64,000 nucleotides of DNA from a virus. The translations under genes were made by a program, and so were the position numbers. The stretch covers positions 42,649-106,648 of IMG/VR virus record IMGVR_UViG_3300023174_000094; one strand, given 5' to 3'. Under the pieces are notes generated by a model that searched no databases, was not told the origin of the DNA, and saw only the letters and a list, made by a program, of their open reading frames with translations. This document shows, piece by piece, positions 51,573-60,997 of the stretch (within the stretch, counting starts at the first letter, position 1; the number at the start of each line of letters is the position of its first letter).

Positions 51573-51954
51573 GACTAGATTTGATATATCTGAGGATCAA
51601 AAGAATCCAGAATTCTTTTGTGAAGGCTTGGGGTCTAATTTAGTAATTACTGTTAGTAATGCAGATCTTAAAGATAAATTTATTAATATCTATTGTGATG
51701 GTGAAATGCGCATTAATCATAACGGAGAACAGATTGCAGATTATATTGAGCTGATCAACAGTGATATTAAAACCGATGATGATTTAAATGAATTATACGA
51801 TCAAAATAAGGTTCAAATGAATCCCTGGTTTGATCTTTATGATCAAGATGGGGAACATTTAGATATTGTTCTTTATGATATTTATGATGCTATGGAAACA
51901 GCTAAAGATATGCTTATTAAAATGCAAAGGGAAGATTATGACAGGAAACATTAG
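51565..51954 (+). CDS. Hypothetical acidic protein
   Basis: C.GEMRI and NPWF motifs. Confidence 0.6.
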   Translation: MYETRFDISEDQKNPEFFCEGLGSNLVITVSNADLKDKFINIYCDGEMRINHNGEQIADYIELINSDIKTDDDLNELYDQNKVQMNPWFDLYDQDGEHLDIVLYDIYDAMETAKDMLIKMQREDYDRKH

Positions 51955-52189
51955 ACACGGAGATATCCATAGAAAAGAACATCACTTTATCGTAAAAGCT
52001 TGGCTTGATAAAGATGACAAGATTAACTTTGATTTGGATCTAGAAAATGTTGAAGTATTTTATCCAACCCCAGTTTTCAATATGGGTACTGGAAAATGGG
52101 TGAAATTGGATAGCGGTAAGATCATGGAAGATGATACAAGAATGTTAAAACTACTACAAGAGAAATTGGAGATAACTAATGGCAACTAA
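51938..52189 (+). CDS. Hypothetical protein
   Basis: ORF in the block. Confidence 0.55.
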   Translation: MTGNIRHGDIHRKEHHFIVKAWLDKDDKINFDLDLENVEVFYPTPVFNMGTGKWVKLDSGKIMEDDTRMLKLLQEKLEITNGN

Positions 52190-52505
52190 AAAGGCTGCAG
52201 TAAAAGTAGACAAAAGAACAGAGCAAGAACAATTAATTCAAGGTGCAATTAACGGAAATTATAGTTTATTGATTCCTTGCAAAGATACAAAATTTATTTA
52301 TGTAAGAAATCCAGTTACAGGCAAGATTTCTCATTTTGAAACTAATAAGCCTGAGTTTGTTTCTTATATTAAGGAATTGGCTGAGCTTGGGTTGAATGAT
52401 AAGTTAGAAAAAGACTTCTATGATTTGGGTGCGCTTAATGATGAGAGATGGCTCCAGGTTTTAGATTTTCTAAGAGTAGAGAATGCATTGGAATTTATAG
52501 CATGA
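52179..52505 (+). CDS. Hypothetical protein
   Basis: GGAG RBS. Confidence 0.6.
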   Translation: MATKKAAVKVDKRTEQEQLIQGAINGNYSLLIPCKDTKFIYVRNPVTGKISHFETNKPEFVSYIKELAELGLNDKLEKDFYDLGALNDERWLQVLDFLRVENALEFIA

Positions 52506-52744
52506 CAACAGTAAAAGAAGCAATAAAAATGCTAAATGATCATTTAGACCAAGATGAAGAAATTTGTATTGCATGGTGGGCTAAAGAATTGTTTGAAGGT
52601 GCATTTGATACAAAAATAAAAAAAGATGTATGGTCAATAGTAGTCAATGAATTTGATGATATGACTATATATCCTCAAGAGATAATATATGACCAAATAG
52701 TGCAAACATTAGATGATAATAAGGGTTGGATTGAAAATGAGTAA
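52502..52744 (+). CDS. Hypothetical protein
   Basis: ATGA overlap with the previous ORF. Confidence 0.55.
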   Translation: MTTVKEAIKMLNDHLDQDEEICIAWWAKELFEGAFDTKIKKDVWSIVVNEFDDMTIYPQEIIYDQIVQTLDDNKGWIENE

Positions 52745-52883
52745 AATAGACGGAGATCAGTTGCGGTCAAAGATAGAAAAGCTTTTGCCTAATTGTTCTT
52801 TTGATGAAGATAATGAAGGTCAAGTTATTATTTATACAAACCTAAAAGAAACAGCAAATGGAAATTACAAGGAGATGAAATGA
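52737..52883 (+). CDS. Hypothetical protein (48 aa)
   Basis: Read manually; EDNEGQ.IIYT motif; fills the gap. Confidence 0.5.
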   Translation: MSKIDGDQLRSKIEKLLPNCSFDEDNEGQVIIYTNLKETANGNYKEMK

Positions 52884-53503
52884 ATAAGGAAAATCTACAG
52901 AGAGTAATTGATGCCATCAAATTTGATGGACAAAAGAAATTCAATATGGCTGCCTTTATTGGTAAGCTAAATGATGATAGAAATGAAGAATATATATTTG
53001 AAGATGGTGAGTTAGCAAGTAAATATCCTGTAAGTAGAGTTCTTCGTATTGAAGAAGGTACAAATATCTTTAATTGTACATCAATGGGTTGTATTGCAGG
53101 ATTTGCTACAGCAATAGCAAATGAATGGAAAGCGCCTAAGTGGTTGACAATTGATGATCATTCAGCTCAGCTTCAAGGTTTTGAAAGCACATCAAATGAA
53201 TTTTTAGGTTTCACATATCATGAGGGTAGAAATCTTTATTATGGTGATGATGCTTCTATTTGGAAATGGTTGATGTATATGGAACCAGATAAATATTCTG
53301 ATTTGCGAGTAGAAGAGTATGGATCATTAGAAGAGGCTGAAGAATACGGTATGCAATGGGATGATCAAGATCTTATAATTGACTTTACGACTATTGATTA
53401 CCTTACAGCAGTAGATGTATTAACAAGAATTCTAAATGAAGAAATTTGTTTAGCTGATATTGATGGTGAACCGTATTATATTAAGAAAGAAGCGGTAGTG
53501 TGA
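52880..53503 (+). CDS. Hypothetical protein
   Basis: FNM..F and C...GCIAG motifs. Confidence 0.65.
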   Translation: MNKENLQRVIDAIKFDGQKKFNMAAFIGKLNDDRNEEYIFEDGELASKYPVSRVLRIEEGTNIFNCTSMGCIAGFATAIANEWKAPKWLTIDDHSAQLQGFESTSNEFLGFTYHEGRNLYYGDDASIWKWLMYMEPDKYSDLRVEEYGSLEEAEEYGMQWDDQDLIIDFTTIDYLTAVDVLTRILNEEICLADIDGEPYYIKKEAVV

Positions 53504-53733
53504 TGAATGAAAGCAATATTAAATGGAGTGAATTTAATCCATACTGGAGAGGTATGGTTAAAGATGCACTTGGCTGTGATGATGAGTATGCAATAATTCT
53601 TTTGAATTATGAATACACTGTGTCTAATGGCATAGATTCATCTGAAGCTACAAATGCACAATTGAAGAAGTATTGGAAATCTATCCACAAAATGTATCAA
53701 GAAGATCAAAAGGAGAATAGTAATGCCAATTAA
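53500..53733 (+). CDS. Hypothetical protein
   Basis: Coupled ORF. Confidence 0.55.
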   Translation: MMNESNIKWSEFNPYWRGMVKDALGCDDEYAIILLNYEYTVSNGIDSSEATNAQLKKYWKSIHKMYQEDQKENSNAN

Positions 53734-53971
53734 TGAGGACAACTATCCCGAAGGATTAACAATTGTTAAGGCTAGGGAAATGACTGAGTTTGAAATGGAT
53801 AAGGAAGGTTGGGGTTTGAATATGTATAAAGCTCCAATTGCACTTGTGCTTTCAGATCAAAGTGTACTTTACCCTTCCCGTGATGAAGAAGGTAATGGTC
53901 CAGGTTGTATGTTTGGTAAATCATTGGGCGAGGATGGAGATACGGTTACGAATTTCTATTTAATGCCTTAA
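53723..53971 (+). CDS. Hypothetical protein
   Basis: SRDEEGNGPG motif; AGGAG RBS. Confidence 0.65.
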   Translation: MPINEDNYPEGLTIVKAREMTEFEMDKEGWGLNMYKAPIALVLSDQSVLYPSRDEEGNGPGCMFGKSLGEDGDTVTNFYLMP

Positions 53972-54042
53972 CCGATAAGAGTACGATTTAACCTTTAAAA
54001 ACGAAAATAGAGCCAAATAGAGCTAAATGGAGGCATTTTAAA

Positions 54043-54591
54043 ATGGCTATTGAATTGAGTGATTTAGACAATGATATGAAGGTGATGGATTATGTTGTTT
54101 CAAATCTTTTGAAACAGGGTAAGAAATCACAAGAGAGTTTTATGAATTATGATACTAATGAATATGAATATACTGGAGATTGCGTTTATCGTGGTTTTAT
54201 AAGAAACGATGACGGTGAAATTATTGATACCCTAAAGTGTGCCGTTGGTCATATCATTAGTGATGAGGCTTATGATGATCAATTAGAATCACAAACTGTT
54301 GATAATACATTTGTAATTGATGCTGTAAAAGTATCTTGTGAAAATTGGGAGTTTACAGATAACTCTTTAGGTATGTTAAAAGTTCTCCAAAGGATTCACG
54401 ATATGGTTGATCCTGAGAAATGGGAAAGTAATTTCCTATATGTCAGACAACAGATTATAGATGAGTTTGATGGTAGATCAATAATGAGTTCAGAATCAGC
54501 TCAGCCTTATGCTCAGACATTAACAAGGTTTCAAAGTTCACTGAAATTAGATGAATATGTTTTCGGAAACTATCCCAGGGTTGAGTTATAA
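54043..54591 (+). CDS. Hypothetical protein (paralog of 50881)
   Basis: NLLKQ..KS, C.YR, CAVG.II and LQ.IHD. Confidence 0.65.
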   Translation: MAIELSDLDNDMKVMDYVVSNLLKQGKKSQESFMNYDTNEYEYTGDCVYRGFIRNDDGEIIDTLKCAVGHIISDEAYDDQLESQTVDNTFVIDAVKVSCENWEFTDNSLGMLKVLQRIHDMVDPEKWESNFLYVRQQIIDEFDGRSIMSSESAQPYAQTLTRFQSSLKLDEYVFGNYPRVEL

Positions 54592-54651
54592 TTATCATTA
54601 GGATTAATGTCATATATTAGTAATATATCTAACATATATAAAAGGGAAAAG

Positions 54652-54981
54652 ATGGCTTATAGTCCAGAAGCAAGAAAAGTAAAATACGAAAAGAAAAAAG
54701 CTTTGATGAAGGTTGATCCTGAAGTTCGCCTTGCGATTAATCGTAAGAGAAATGAATCAAGAAAAGCCAGGGTCATTAGAAAACTAATGGAAATTGGTTT
54801 TGATACATCAAAGCTTAATACTGGTATTTGTTGTTATGTTAATTGTGCGACTAAACTAAGTAGATATAACCAAGACTATTGTTGCGGTTTGCATCAGACT
54901 AAGGTTATGAAAGATGGGTTTAGTCGCATTATGGAATCTGATAATACATACGGATTGGGTTTTAAAAAGGAGGAATTTTGA
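54652..54981 (+). CDS. Basic protein with C-terminal zinc finger
   Basis: C....C...LSRYN...C..H, shared with 29655. Confidence 0.6.
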   Translation: MAYSPEARKVKYEKKKALMKVDPEVRLAINRKRNESRKARVIRKLMEIGFDTSKLNTGICCYVNCATKLSRYNQDYCCGLHQTKVMKDGFSRIMESDNTYGLGFKKEEF

Positions 54982-55175
54982 CATTTGAAATGGTTAGGAT
55001 TGGGTTAGGAATTATTGGTATCTTTGTTATGTTTATTATTATAGGAAGTTAAGATGAGAACAATATTGGCATTATTAATCGGAGTAATTGTAGGTATTAA
55101 GTTTCATATTTTTGTGCTTGAAAAAGCAATTAAAAGCCATGATAAATATGGAACTCAATGGAAAGAAGAGGCTAA

Positions 55176-55388
55176 ATGGAACAGGGAATAGATAAGGGAA
55201 TGATTATGGATTTGACCCTGGAAGAGATGGAGAAAGGGATTGAAACCATTAAGGGTTTTGTTGAAGATATGGAAAATACCAGGATCGGGGTTATTATAAA
55301 AGATCACCCCGACTTTAGCAAAATCTATAAGATTCTTGATAACCTCAAAATCCTTGTCCAGCAATGGAAGGATGATTATCTTGATTAA
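55176..55388 (+). CDS. Hypothetical protein
   Basis: GAGG RBS. Confidence 0.5.
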   Translation: MEQGIDKGMIMDLTLEEMEKGIETIKGFVEDMENTRIGVIIKDHPDFSKIYKILDNLKILVQQWKDDYLD

Positions 55389-55539
55389 TAAACAGGAAAT
55401 GGATTGGGCTATTCAGATGTTATTTCAATTAGAAAATGGTCATATTGATAGACCATTATGGCATTATGCAGAATGTAGGAAAATAGTGGAAAGAATGAAA
55501 TTAATCATAGAGAAAGACCAGGTGGCAAAAAATGACTAA
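55336..55539 (+). CDS. Hypothetical protein
   Basis: Start is probably downstream of the one given. Confidence 0.4.
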   Translation: MITSKSLSSNGRMIILINKQEMDWAIQMLFQLENGHIDRPLWHYAECRKIVERMKLIIEKDQVAKND

Positions 55540-55805
55540 TGTTAAATATAAAGCTGACGCAGTGCATATGGCTCGCATATTTGTTGCGGGAATTAAGGCT
55601 CTTCAGGATATAGAAACAGGTACGCTTTATTATGATGTTTGTGATGAGTGTGAAATGTTACTAGATGAGAACGAATTAGGCTACGGACATGAGTGCGGGT
55701 GAGACATGCTGAATATTATTGGAATTGGGTTATATATTATATTTGGAACAGTTGCGGTATTGGCTATTTGTGCGTTGGGCATAACGCTATATACCGATGT
55801 AAAGG

Positions 55806-56012
55806 ATGAATGGGATTATAAAAATGGGAAATAAGACATTGGAATTGTATGGGAACTTCCCTTTGAGTGTCCTAAAAGCTGGGGAAAAGGTTCTGGTTTA
55901 TTGTAGGAGATGCAATACAGAATTAGAACTGGATCAGGTCATAGATCATATGATGGTTAATGATGAGAATCCAGATGGGCATAGTCTTCACTTTACGATT
56001 GAGAAGGGATAG
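55806..56012 (+). CDS. Small CxxC hypothetical protein
   Basis: CRRC...H...H. Confidence 0.5.
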   Translation: MNGIIKMGNKTLELYGNFPLSVLKAGEKVLVYCRRCNTELELDQVIDHMMVNDENPDGHSLHFTIEKG

Positions 56013-56016
56013 GGAT

Positions 56017-56232
56017 ATGAGTAAGCAATTGTTTCTATATATGGTTATCTCATACCTTGCCTTTTTTGGCGGGGTATATCTATTATCTACTATGATGGAT
56101 CTTATAGAAGATTACCTAGATCATAGGAGAGTAATAAGGACTCTGAATAGAATTGAGGGAAAGGTTGATCAATTACCTGGAGTAAAGACAAAGGAAGAGA
56201 TTGAAGATGAATGGTGGTTTGCCAACAGATAG
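56017..56232 (+). CDS. Small membrane protein
   Basis: One hydrophobic helix; last gene of the block. Confidence 0.55.
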   Translation: MSKQLFLYMVISYLAFFGGVYLLSTMMDLIEDYLDHRRVIRTLNRIEGKVDQLPGVKTKEEIEDEWWFANR

Positions 56233-56234
56233 GC

Positions 56235-56288
56235 ATACCGTATACCTAAAATATTGTATACCGTATACCTACCGTATACCGTATACCT
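56235..56288. repeat. Tandem/overlapping TACCGTATACC repeats (4 copies)
   Basis: Copies begin at 56236, 56259, 56270 and 56277. Confidence 0.8.
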
Positions 56289-57071
56289 AAAGTCTCGTCT
56301 TAAACGCTCAAATAAAGGTATAAATATAATAAATTATTGGGTGTATTAGGTAAAAACAGTACAAAATAAGGTAAAAACACCTAATTTCCTTAGGATTTTT
56401 ATATAACGCTATAAAATGTATCGTTTTAGCTCCTCCATAAAGGTATTCTCTCTCTAATAGAATAAAGAACTAGTAGAATGAATAATATAATCCCCCAAAA
56501 TATAAGGCGGGTTATTTGTGTGTCTATTCCCTATAGAGAAGGTAAACATATTTATATCTGAATACCCCGAAAATTAAATGAGGGAATTAGAGAGCATATT
56601 TATAAAAAATTTAGTGTCCAGTTAGGTGTGCCTATTAGGGGCGGGATTAAATTAGAAATCTTATGTTGAATAGGGTCTAAATTACAATAGGGTAATTGAC
56701 TCAGCTAATAGGTTGTCTAATACCCGCCCCATAAAGGTATTACATTATCTAAATATTCACATAAAGCGTTTTCTAATTTTTTTTGTGTACTCTATGTAAC
56801 ATTACAATCGTGTAATATTACACCAAGCGTATTTTGTTTTAGGTAAAGTATTATCTAAAGCATTAGCACCTGGCGTGTAATATTACATCCCCGCAGCCGA
56901 TCAAAAATTGAATGAATAATTGGATAAGGAATTAAAACTTTATTTTATTAATTTTTGTGTGAGGTTGGTTTCTATTGAATTAGCCGATAGAATGGGGTTC
57001 TAAATCGGTAATGAAATTACCAAATAAATAAAATATTGGATAAAACATCAAACATAGAATAGGAAAAAATA

Positions 57072-57416
57072 ATGTCAGAATCAAAAAAAATCAAATTTGA
57101 AATCATTGAAGAAAATGATTTGGAATTTGTTCAGCGTGGTCGTAAATCTAATCTTTCAGATGAATTTGTGAATGAGATTAAGAATACGATTATTGCTAAC
57201 AAAATGGTTGAAGGTAAGAAATTCCTTACACTTACGGAATTGGCTATCCCTTCAGATTTGACCAACGATAAGGATAAGAAAAACTATAAGGCTACAACTT
57301 CGGCAATGCTTCGGGGTTTGGCTAAGCGTTTGGGTTATTCTTCAGAAATCCGTTGGCATAAGGAAACTGTTCCAGCAATTCGTTTCGGAATAGATAAGCC
57401 TAAGGCTAAGAAATAA
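57072..57416 (+). CDS. RGRKS-family basic protein (unit A)
   Basis: FEIIEENDLEFVQRGRKS...LRGLAKRLG...IRW; TAGAAT -10 at 56988; AGGA RBS. Confidence 0.85.
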   Translation: MSESKKIKFEIIEENDLEFVQRGRKSNLSDEFVNEIKNTIIANKMVEGKKFLTLTELAIPSDLTNDKDKKNYKATTSAMLRGLAKRLGYSSEIRWHKETVPAIRFGIDKPKAKK

Positions 57417-57441
57417 ACTAAACAAATAACTACCGATTTAG

Positions 57442-57477
57442 ATAAGGGCTAGGGTAAAACCTAGCCCTTATTTTTTT
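57442..57477 (+). terminator. Intrinsic terminator
   Basis: ATAAGGGCTAGG-GTAAAA-CCTAGCCCTTAT-TTTTTT. Confidence 0.85.
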
Positions 57478-57612
57478 ATATAAATGGGGTTAAGAATTGT
57501 ATTCAGATAAAGGTTTCATAAAGGTTAGGATAAAGATATGAATTCATTTTTGCAGCGAGATAAAGGTAGGGAATTGGATTAGAAATTATGTACTAAATTA
57601 GATAAAGGTTAT

Positions 57613-57690
57613 GTGTAATATTACGAGGGTGTAATATTACATGAATTTAATATTACACCCTCGTGTAAGATTACAGGCGTGTAATATTAC
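57613..57690. repeat. Five-box element H0 with 17-bp inverted repeat and 8-nt spacer
   Basis: ACGAGGGTGTAATATTA-CATGAATT-TAATATTACACCCTCGT. Confidence 0.85.
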
Positions 57691-57855
57691 CTGGATGTAA
57701 CAAAAATTATGGGGACTGGCTGGGGTTATTCAGACAGCCTGGAACAATATGCCTATTGTTACAGAGCTGGAATATTATGCCCAACTAGTCCCCTTCTGTT
57801 ACGAGGCTGTAATTTTACAGCCCTGCGACTTTACTCGCATGAGATCCAACGAGAC

Positions 57856-58155
57856 CTACTTCTTAGAAGTAGACAAAATTGCGATCTGCGGTACGCCTGC
57901 TGGCGACCAACGGATAGCAACCTTCACGCCAGCAAGTTTGCCAGCCGAGCGTAGGTTCGCAGAAACGCGAGCCTTCTCAGTCTTGACAACTTCCGCTGGG
58001 GAAGTCATGTCAACTTTTTCAGAAGCGACTGCTAGAGCCTTACCCTTTGTAAGTTTACGCAATGCGTCTACCAACTCAGGATCAGCATTGGACTTGCGCC
58101 CACGCTGTACAAACTCTAACGCAGACTCGTCAATGATCTGATATTTATCAGCCAT
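57856..58155 (-). CDS. RGRKS-family basic protein (unit B)
   Basis: YQIIDESALEFVQRGRKS...KARVSANLRSAGK...IRW; GAGG RBS. Confidence 0.85.
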   Translation of the reverse strand: MADKYQIIDESALEFVQRGRKSNADPELVDALRKLTKGKALAVASEKVDMTSPAEVVKTEKARVSANLRSAGKLAGVKVAIRWSPAGVPQIAILSTSKK

Positions 58156-58506
58156 TATTACCTCTGTGTAAGTTTAGAAGTGACAACTACCTTATGCCTA
58201 AAGTAGCCTCGGTGTAATTTTTGGATCGTACACCCGAACCCTTCCCGCAACTTCTAGGCTGGACACCGAGAGCCAAAATTGCACACCTGTAATTTTACAG
58301 GGAACTCGCCTAATGGGGAACTCGGCTGGGGTCAACCAGCACTAATGACGATATCAAAGATTCTATGTAATAATAGGCTAATTCTAAAATTACATAAAGA
58401 TATTCTCTGACTGATATATCACCAAATCCCTAAAGTTACATAGACATAAACCCTAAAGTTACACGAATACAATTCCATAAAGTTACATGTATCTAATATT
58501 ACATTC

Positions 58507-58615
58507 CATAAAGATACTAAAGTTTTCTTACACTTGTGTAATATTACCGCAGGTGTAACTTTAGCAGAAAGTAAAGTTACACCTGCCTGTAATAATACAG
58601 GCGTGTAAAATTACA
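58507..58615. repeat. Five-box element H1 with 15-bp inverted repeat and 8-nt spacer
   Basis: GCAGGTGTAACTTTA-GCAGAAAG-TAAAGTTACACCTGC at 58549-58586. Confidence 0.85.
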
Positions 58616-58625
58616 CAGCTGTAAC

Positions 58626-58667
58626 AAAAGAGAGCCCCTCCCCAGGGGGTTGGGGAAGGGCTACTCT
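58626..58667 (-). terminator. Intrinsic terminator of unit C
   Basis: GC-rich hairpin with an A-run on the + strand side. Confidence 0.65.
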
Positions 58668-58687
58668 ATTCTTACACGCAGGTAAGT

Positions 58688-58963
58688 TTACTTGGCAACG
58701 ACTACCTGTGGAGTTCCGTCTGTTGCCCACATAATTTTGACATTGACTTTGGCTTGCTTGCCTGCCGAACGGATTGTTGCGGAGACACGAGCCTTGTCTG
58801 TCTTGAATGTGTCGGTCTTTGGGTTTAGTTTCATGTCTGTAATTTTTACTGCTTTACCCTTTGGCAAGGTCTTTAGTGCTTCTACCAATTCAGGTTCTAC
58901 ATTTGACTTGCGACCTCGTGGAGTAAACTCCAGTGCGGTTTCCTCAATGATTTGGAATTTCAT
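58688..58963 (-). CDS. RGRKS-family basic protein (unit C)
   Basis: MKFQIIEETALEFTPRGRKS...KARVSATIRSAGK; AAAGG RBS; TTGCAA-N17-TACCTT promoter. Confidence 0.85.
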   Translation of the reverse strand: MKFQIIEETALEFTPRGRKSNVEPELVEALKTLPKGKAVKITDMKLNPKTDTFKTDKARVSATIRSAGKQAKVNVKIMWATDGTPQVVVAK

Positions 58964-59246
58964 TTTTCTACCTTTGCGTGAGTACCGCCTAAGCGGTTGT
59001 CTAGGCGTTGTTGCTTTGACATATGTAAAGGTAATGGATAGGAATAGGAATTGCAAGGTAATGAGAATGTAACAATGTCGGGAAACCCAATGCCCATATG
59101 AGATATATCACGCTCATTGTTACAATTTGGTTACAAACCTATTTTTCGGTGTAAGTTTAGAAAAAGTCTATTATTACATGACCCCCATAAAGGATACAGC
59201 CTTATATTACATCTGGGTAACTTTCAGGGTTCGCCTTGTATTATTA

Positions 59247-59355
59247 CATAAAGATACTAAACTTTTATTACATGTGTGTAAAATTACAGCGGGCGTAACT
59301 TTAGCTTTATGTAAAGTTACGCCCGCCCGTATTGTTACATGCGTGTAATTTTACA
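59247..59355. repeat. Five-box element H2 with 15-bp inverted repeat and 8-nt spacer
   Basis: GCGGGCGTAACTTTA-GCTTTATG-TAAAGTTACGCCCGC at 59289-59326. Confidence 0.85.
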
Positions 59356-59369
59356 AACCAGGCGCAAAG

Positions 59370-59394
59370 AAAAACCCCCGCTTTTGGCGGGGGC
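59370..59394 (-). terminator. Intrinsic terminator of unit D
   Basis: AAAAA-CCCCCGC-TTTTG-GCGGGGG. Confidence 0.7.
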
Positions 59395-59415
59395 TAATCT
59401 TACTGCTGTGTAATT

Positions 59416-59508
59416 TTAGTCTTGTTCCATGTACCACGCTAACGCTACTGGAATAATTATCCATGACCAAAGAATAAAGACACCATAGATTATTTTTAGT
59501 ATGTTCAT
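59416..59508 (-). CDS. 30-aa hydrophobic peptide
   Basis: Read manually as MNILKIIYGVFILWSWIIIPVALAWYMEQD; AGGAG RBS. Confidence 0.5.
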   Translation of the reverse strand: MNILKIIYGVFILWSWIIIPVALAWYMEQD

Positions 59509-59526
59509 TGTTACACTCCTGTAAGT

Positions 59527-59772
59527 TTAGTTAGCCAATATATCTTCGGGTAGTTCGTCTGTAATGTCTCGCTCGTCTGCGCTCGCATCATCATCGTCTA
59601 TGTTCTGAGCAAAAATTACACTCATGTCAGTGTCGTCATCTTGCGCCTTATCGTTTTTGATAGAGCGTAGTAACTTCCCTAGTTCCTCTATGTTTTCAGC
59701 GTAGTAGAGAAAACTATCGCACCATTCCTGAGTGCCATTCTCAAACTGCCAAGATACCTCGTATGTGTTCAT
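59527..59772 (-). CDS. Small highly acidic protein
   Basis: GGGAG RBS; Asp/Glu-rich. Confidence 0.65.
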   Translation of the reverse strand: MNTYEVSWQFENGTQEWCDSFLYYAENIEELGKLLRSIKNDKAQDDDTDMSVIFAQNIDDDDASADERDITDELPEDILAN

Positions 59773-59789
59773 GTAATTTTACTCCCTTG

Positions 59790-60014
59790 TTATTTTTGGG
59801 TTTCGCCCAAAGTAGATGAATATGAATGATCACTATCCTCAATTTGTGTTGTGGTATTCAGAATACCGCAATACTTACAGGTTGCGTGTATTTGGGTAAT
59901 CGTATATTTGCCGTGTTGTGTCTCGGTTGAATCTGTACCAATGAACATATATTCATGGGCTAGATCATCTCGGTAATTTATTCTATTCCTAATCTTACAG
60001 GTAAGGTATGACAT
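59790..60014 (-). CDS. Small CxxC protein (first gene of unit D)
   Basis: GAAAGG RBS, leader hairpin and TAGGAT -10. Confidence 0.6.
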   Translation of the reverse strand: MSYLTCKIRNRINYRDDLAHEYMFIGTDSTETQHGKYTITQIHATCKYCGILNTTTQIEDSDHSYSSTLGETQK

Positions 60015-60177
60015 TTGTAATTTTAGCCTTTCTAACTTATTGGGCGGGATTACCCAACAAACAAATCCTACCCCATATCCTTATGTAAGTTTAGGTAATT
60101 TTAGGGTTATTTTTTACCTATAAAATGAGCTGTATTATTACATTCCCATAAAGGATGAGTTTTGTAATATTACATTA

Positions 60178-60258
60178 CATAAAGGTATTAAACTAATCTT
60201 ACACTTGTGTAATATTACTGCGGGTGTATGGGGTCGCTACGCTGGGGAAGACACCCGC
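60178..60258. repeat. Left-half element H3
   Basis: CATAAAG...TTACACTTGTGTAATATTAC, then GCGGGTGT...ACACCCGC. Confidence 0.7.
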
Positions 60259-60335
60259 CCGTTTGATGCGAATTTGCAACAACGGTGAAGTCCAATGAAT
60301 GGTACACGATGTTGCGCATTTGCAACAGTGTGTGC

Positions 60336-60368
60336 AAAAAAAAAGCGGGGGCATTTCTGCCCCCGCAA
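60336..60368 (-). terminator. Intrinsic terminator of unit E
   Basis: A9-GCGGGGGCA-TTTC-TGCCCCCGC. Confidence 0.85.
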
Positions 60369-60385
60369 TCTTTTTGTGTTTGTCG

Positions 60386-60814
60386 TTACTTGCGAACGAT
60401 GAACACCTTTTCTGCCTGTACCGAAAATGGTTCACGCTTTGCGATTGCATTGTTGGTTGCCCAAACAACATCAACGCTTGCCGTGATGATGTTGTTATTC
60501 TGCAACGATTGCAAACGCTGGCGGATTGCATTGTCTGCACGATAGTTGGTTGCTTTACGGCAAACCAAGTTTCGTTGAACTGATGGTGCATTATTTGCAA
60601 TGCACCACTGGCGCATGGCTTCGGCATTGTCAATCGTCTTTGGCATTACTGGCAACGACATTGCAACTGTGATTGCTTCAAGCAAAATAGTTGTACCTTT
60701 ATCGGTATAGAACTTTTTTACTTTGGCTTTGGAATTGCGTTGCGACTTTGCAACAAGTTTCTTTTCCAATGCAACAACTTTGGTTGCATCGGCTTTGCTT
60801 TTTTTCTGTGCCAT
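60386..60814 (-). CDS. Basic protein (unit E), paralog of 61657
   Basis: RADNAIRQRLQSL; TTGCGT-N18-TAGTAT promoter; AGGA RBS. Confidence 0.75.
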   Translation of the reverse strand: MAQKKSKADATKVVALEKKLVAKSQRNSKAKVKKFYTDKGTTILLEAITVAMSLPVMPKTIDNAEAMRQWCIANNAPSVQRNLVCRKATNYRADNAIRQRLQSLQNNNIITASVDVVWATNNAIAKREPFSVQAEKVFIVRK

Positions 60815-60997
60815 TTTTTTTCCTAATCTGTAAGTGCCAAGCGGATTACTTGACAACACAAATACTAGCGCAAGCGTGTAACACTACGCAAGCATCAAAA
60901 AACCCCTGTATTTATTGACTTTTTTGCATGTTTTCATAAAGCGAATTGCAATTACATTTATATACTAAAAATGGTACATAGTGTTGCATTTATGCAA

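Noticed and set aside
58549-59326. Classical integron attC sites or XerCD dif sites
   Set aside because: No RYYYAAC...GTTRRRY ends with conserved extrahelical bases, no 11-6-11 dif consensus and no integrase in the window; the cassettes also carry their own promoters.
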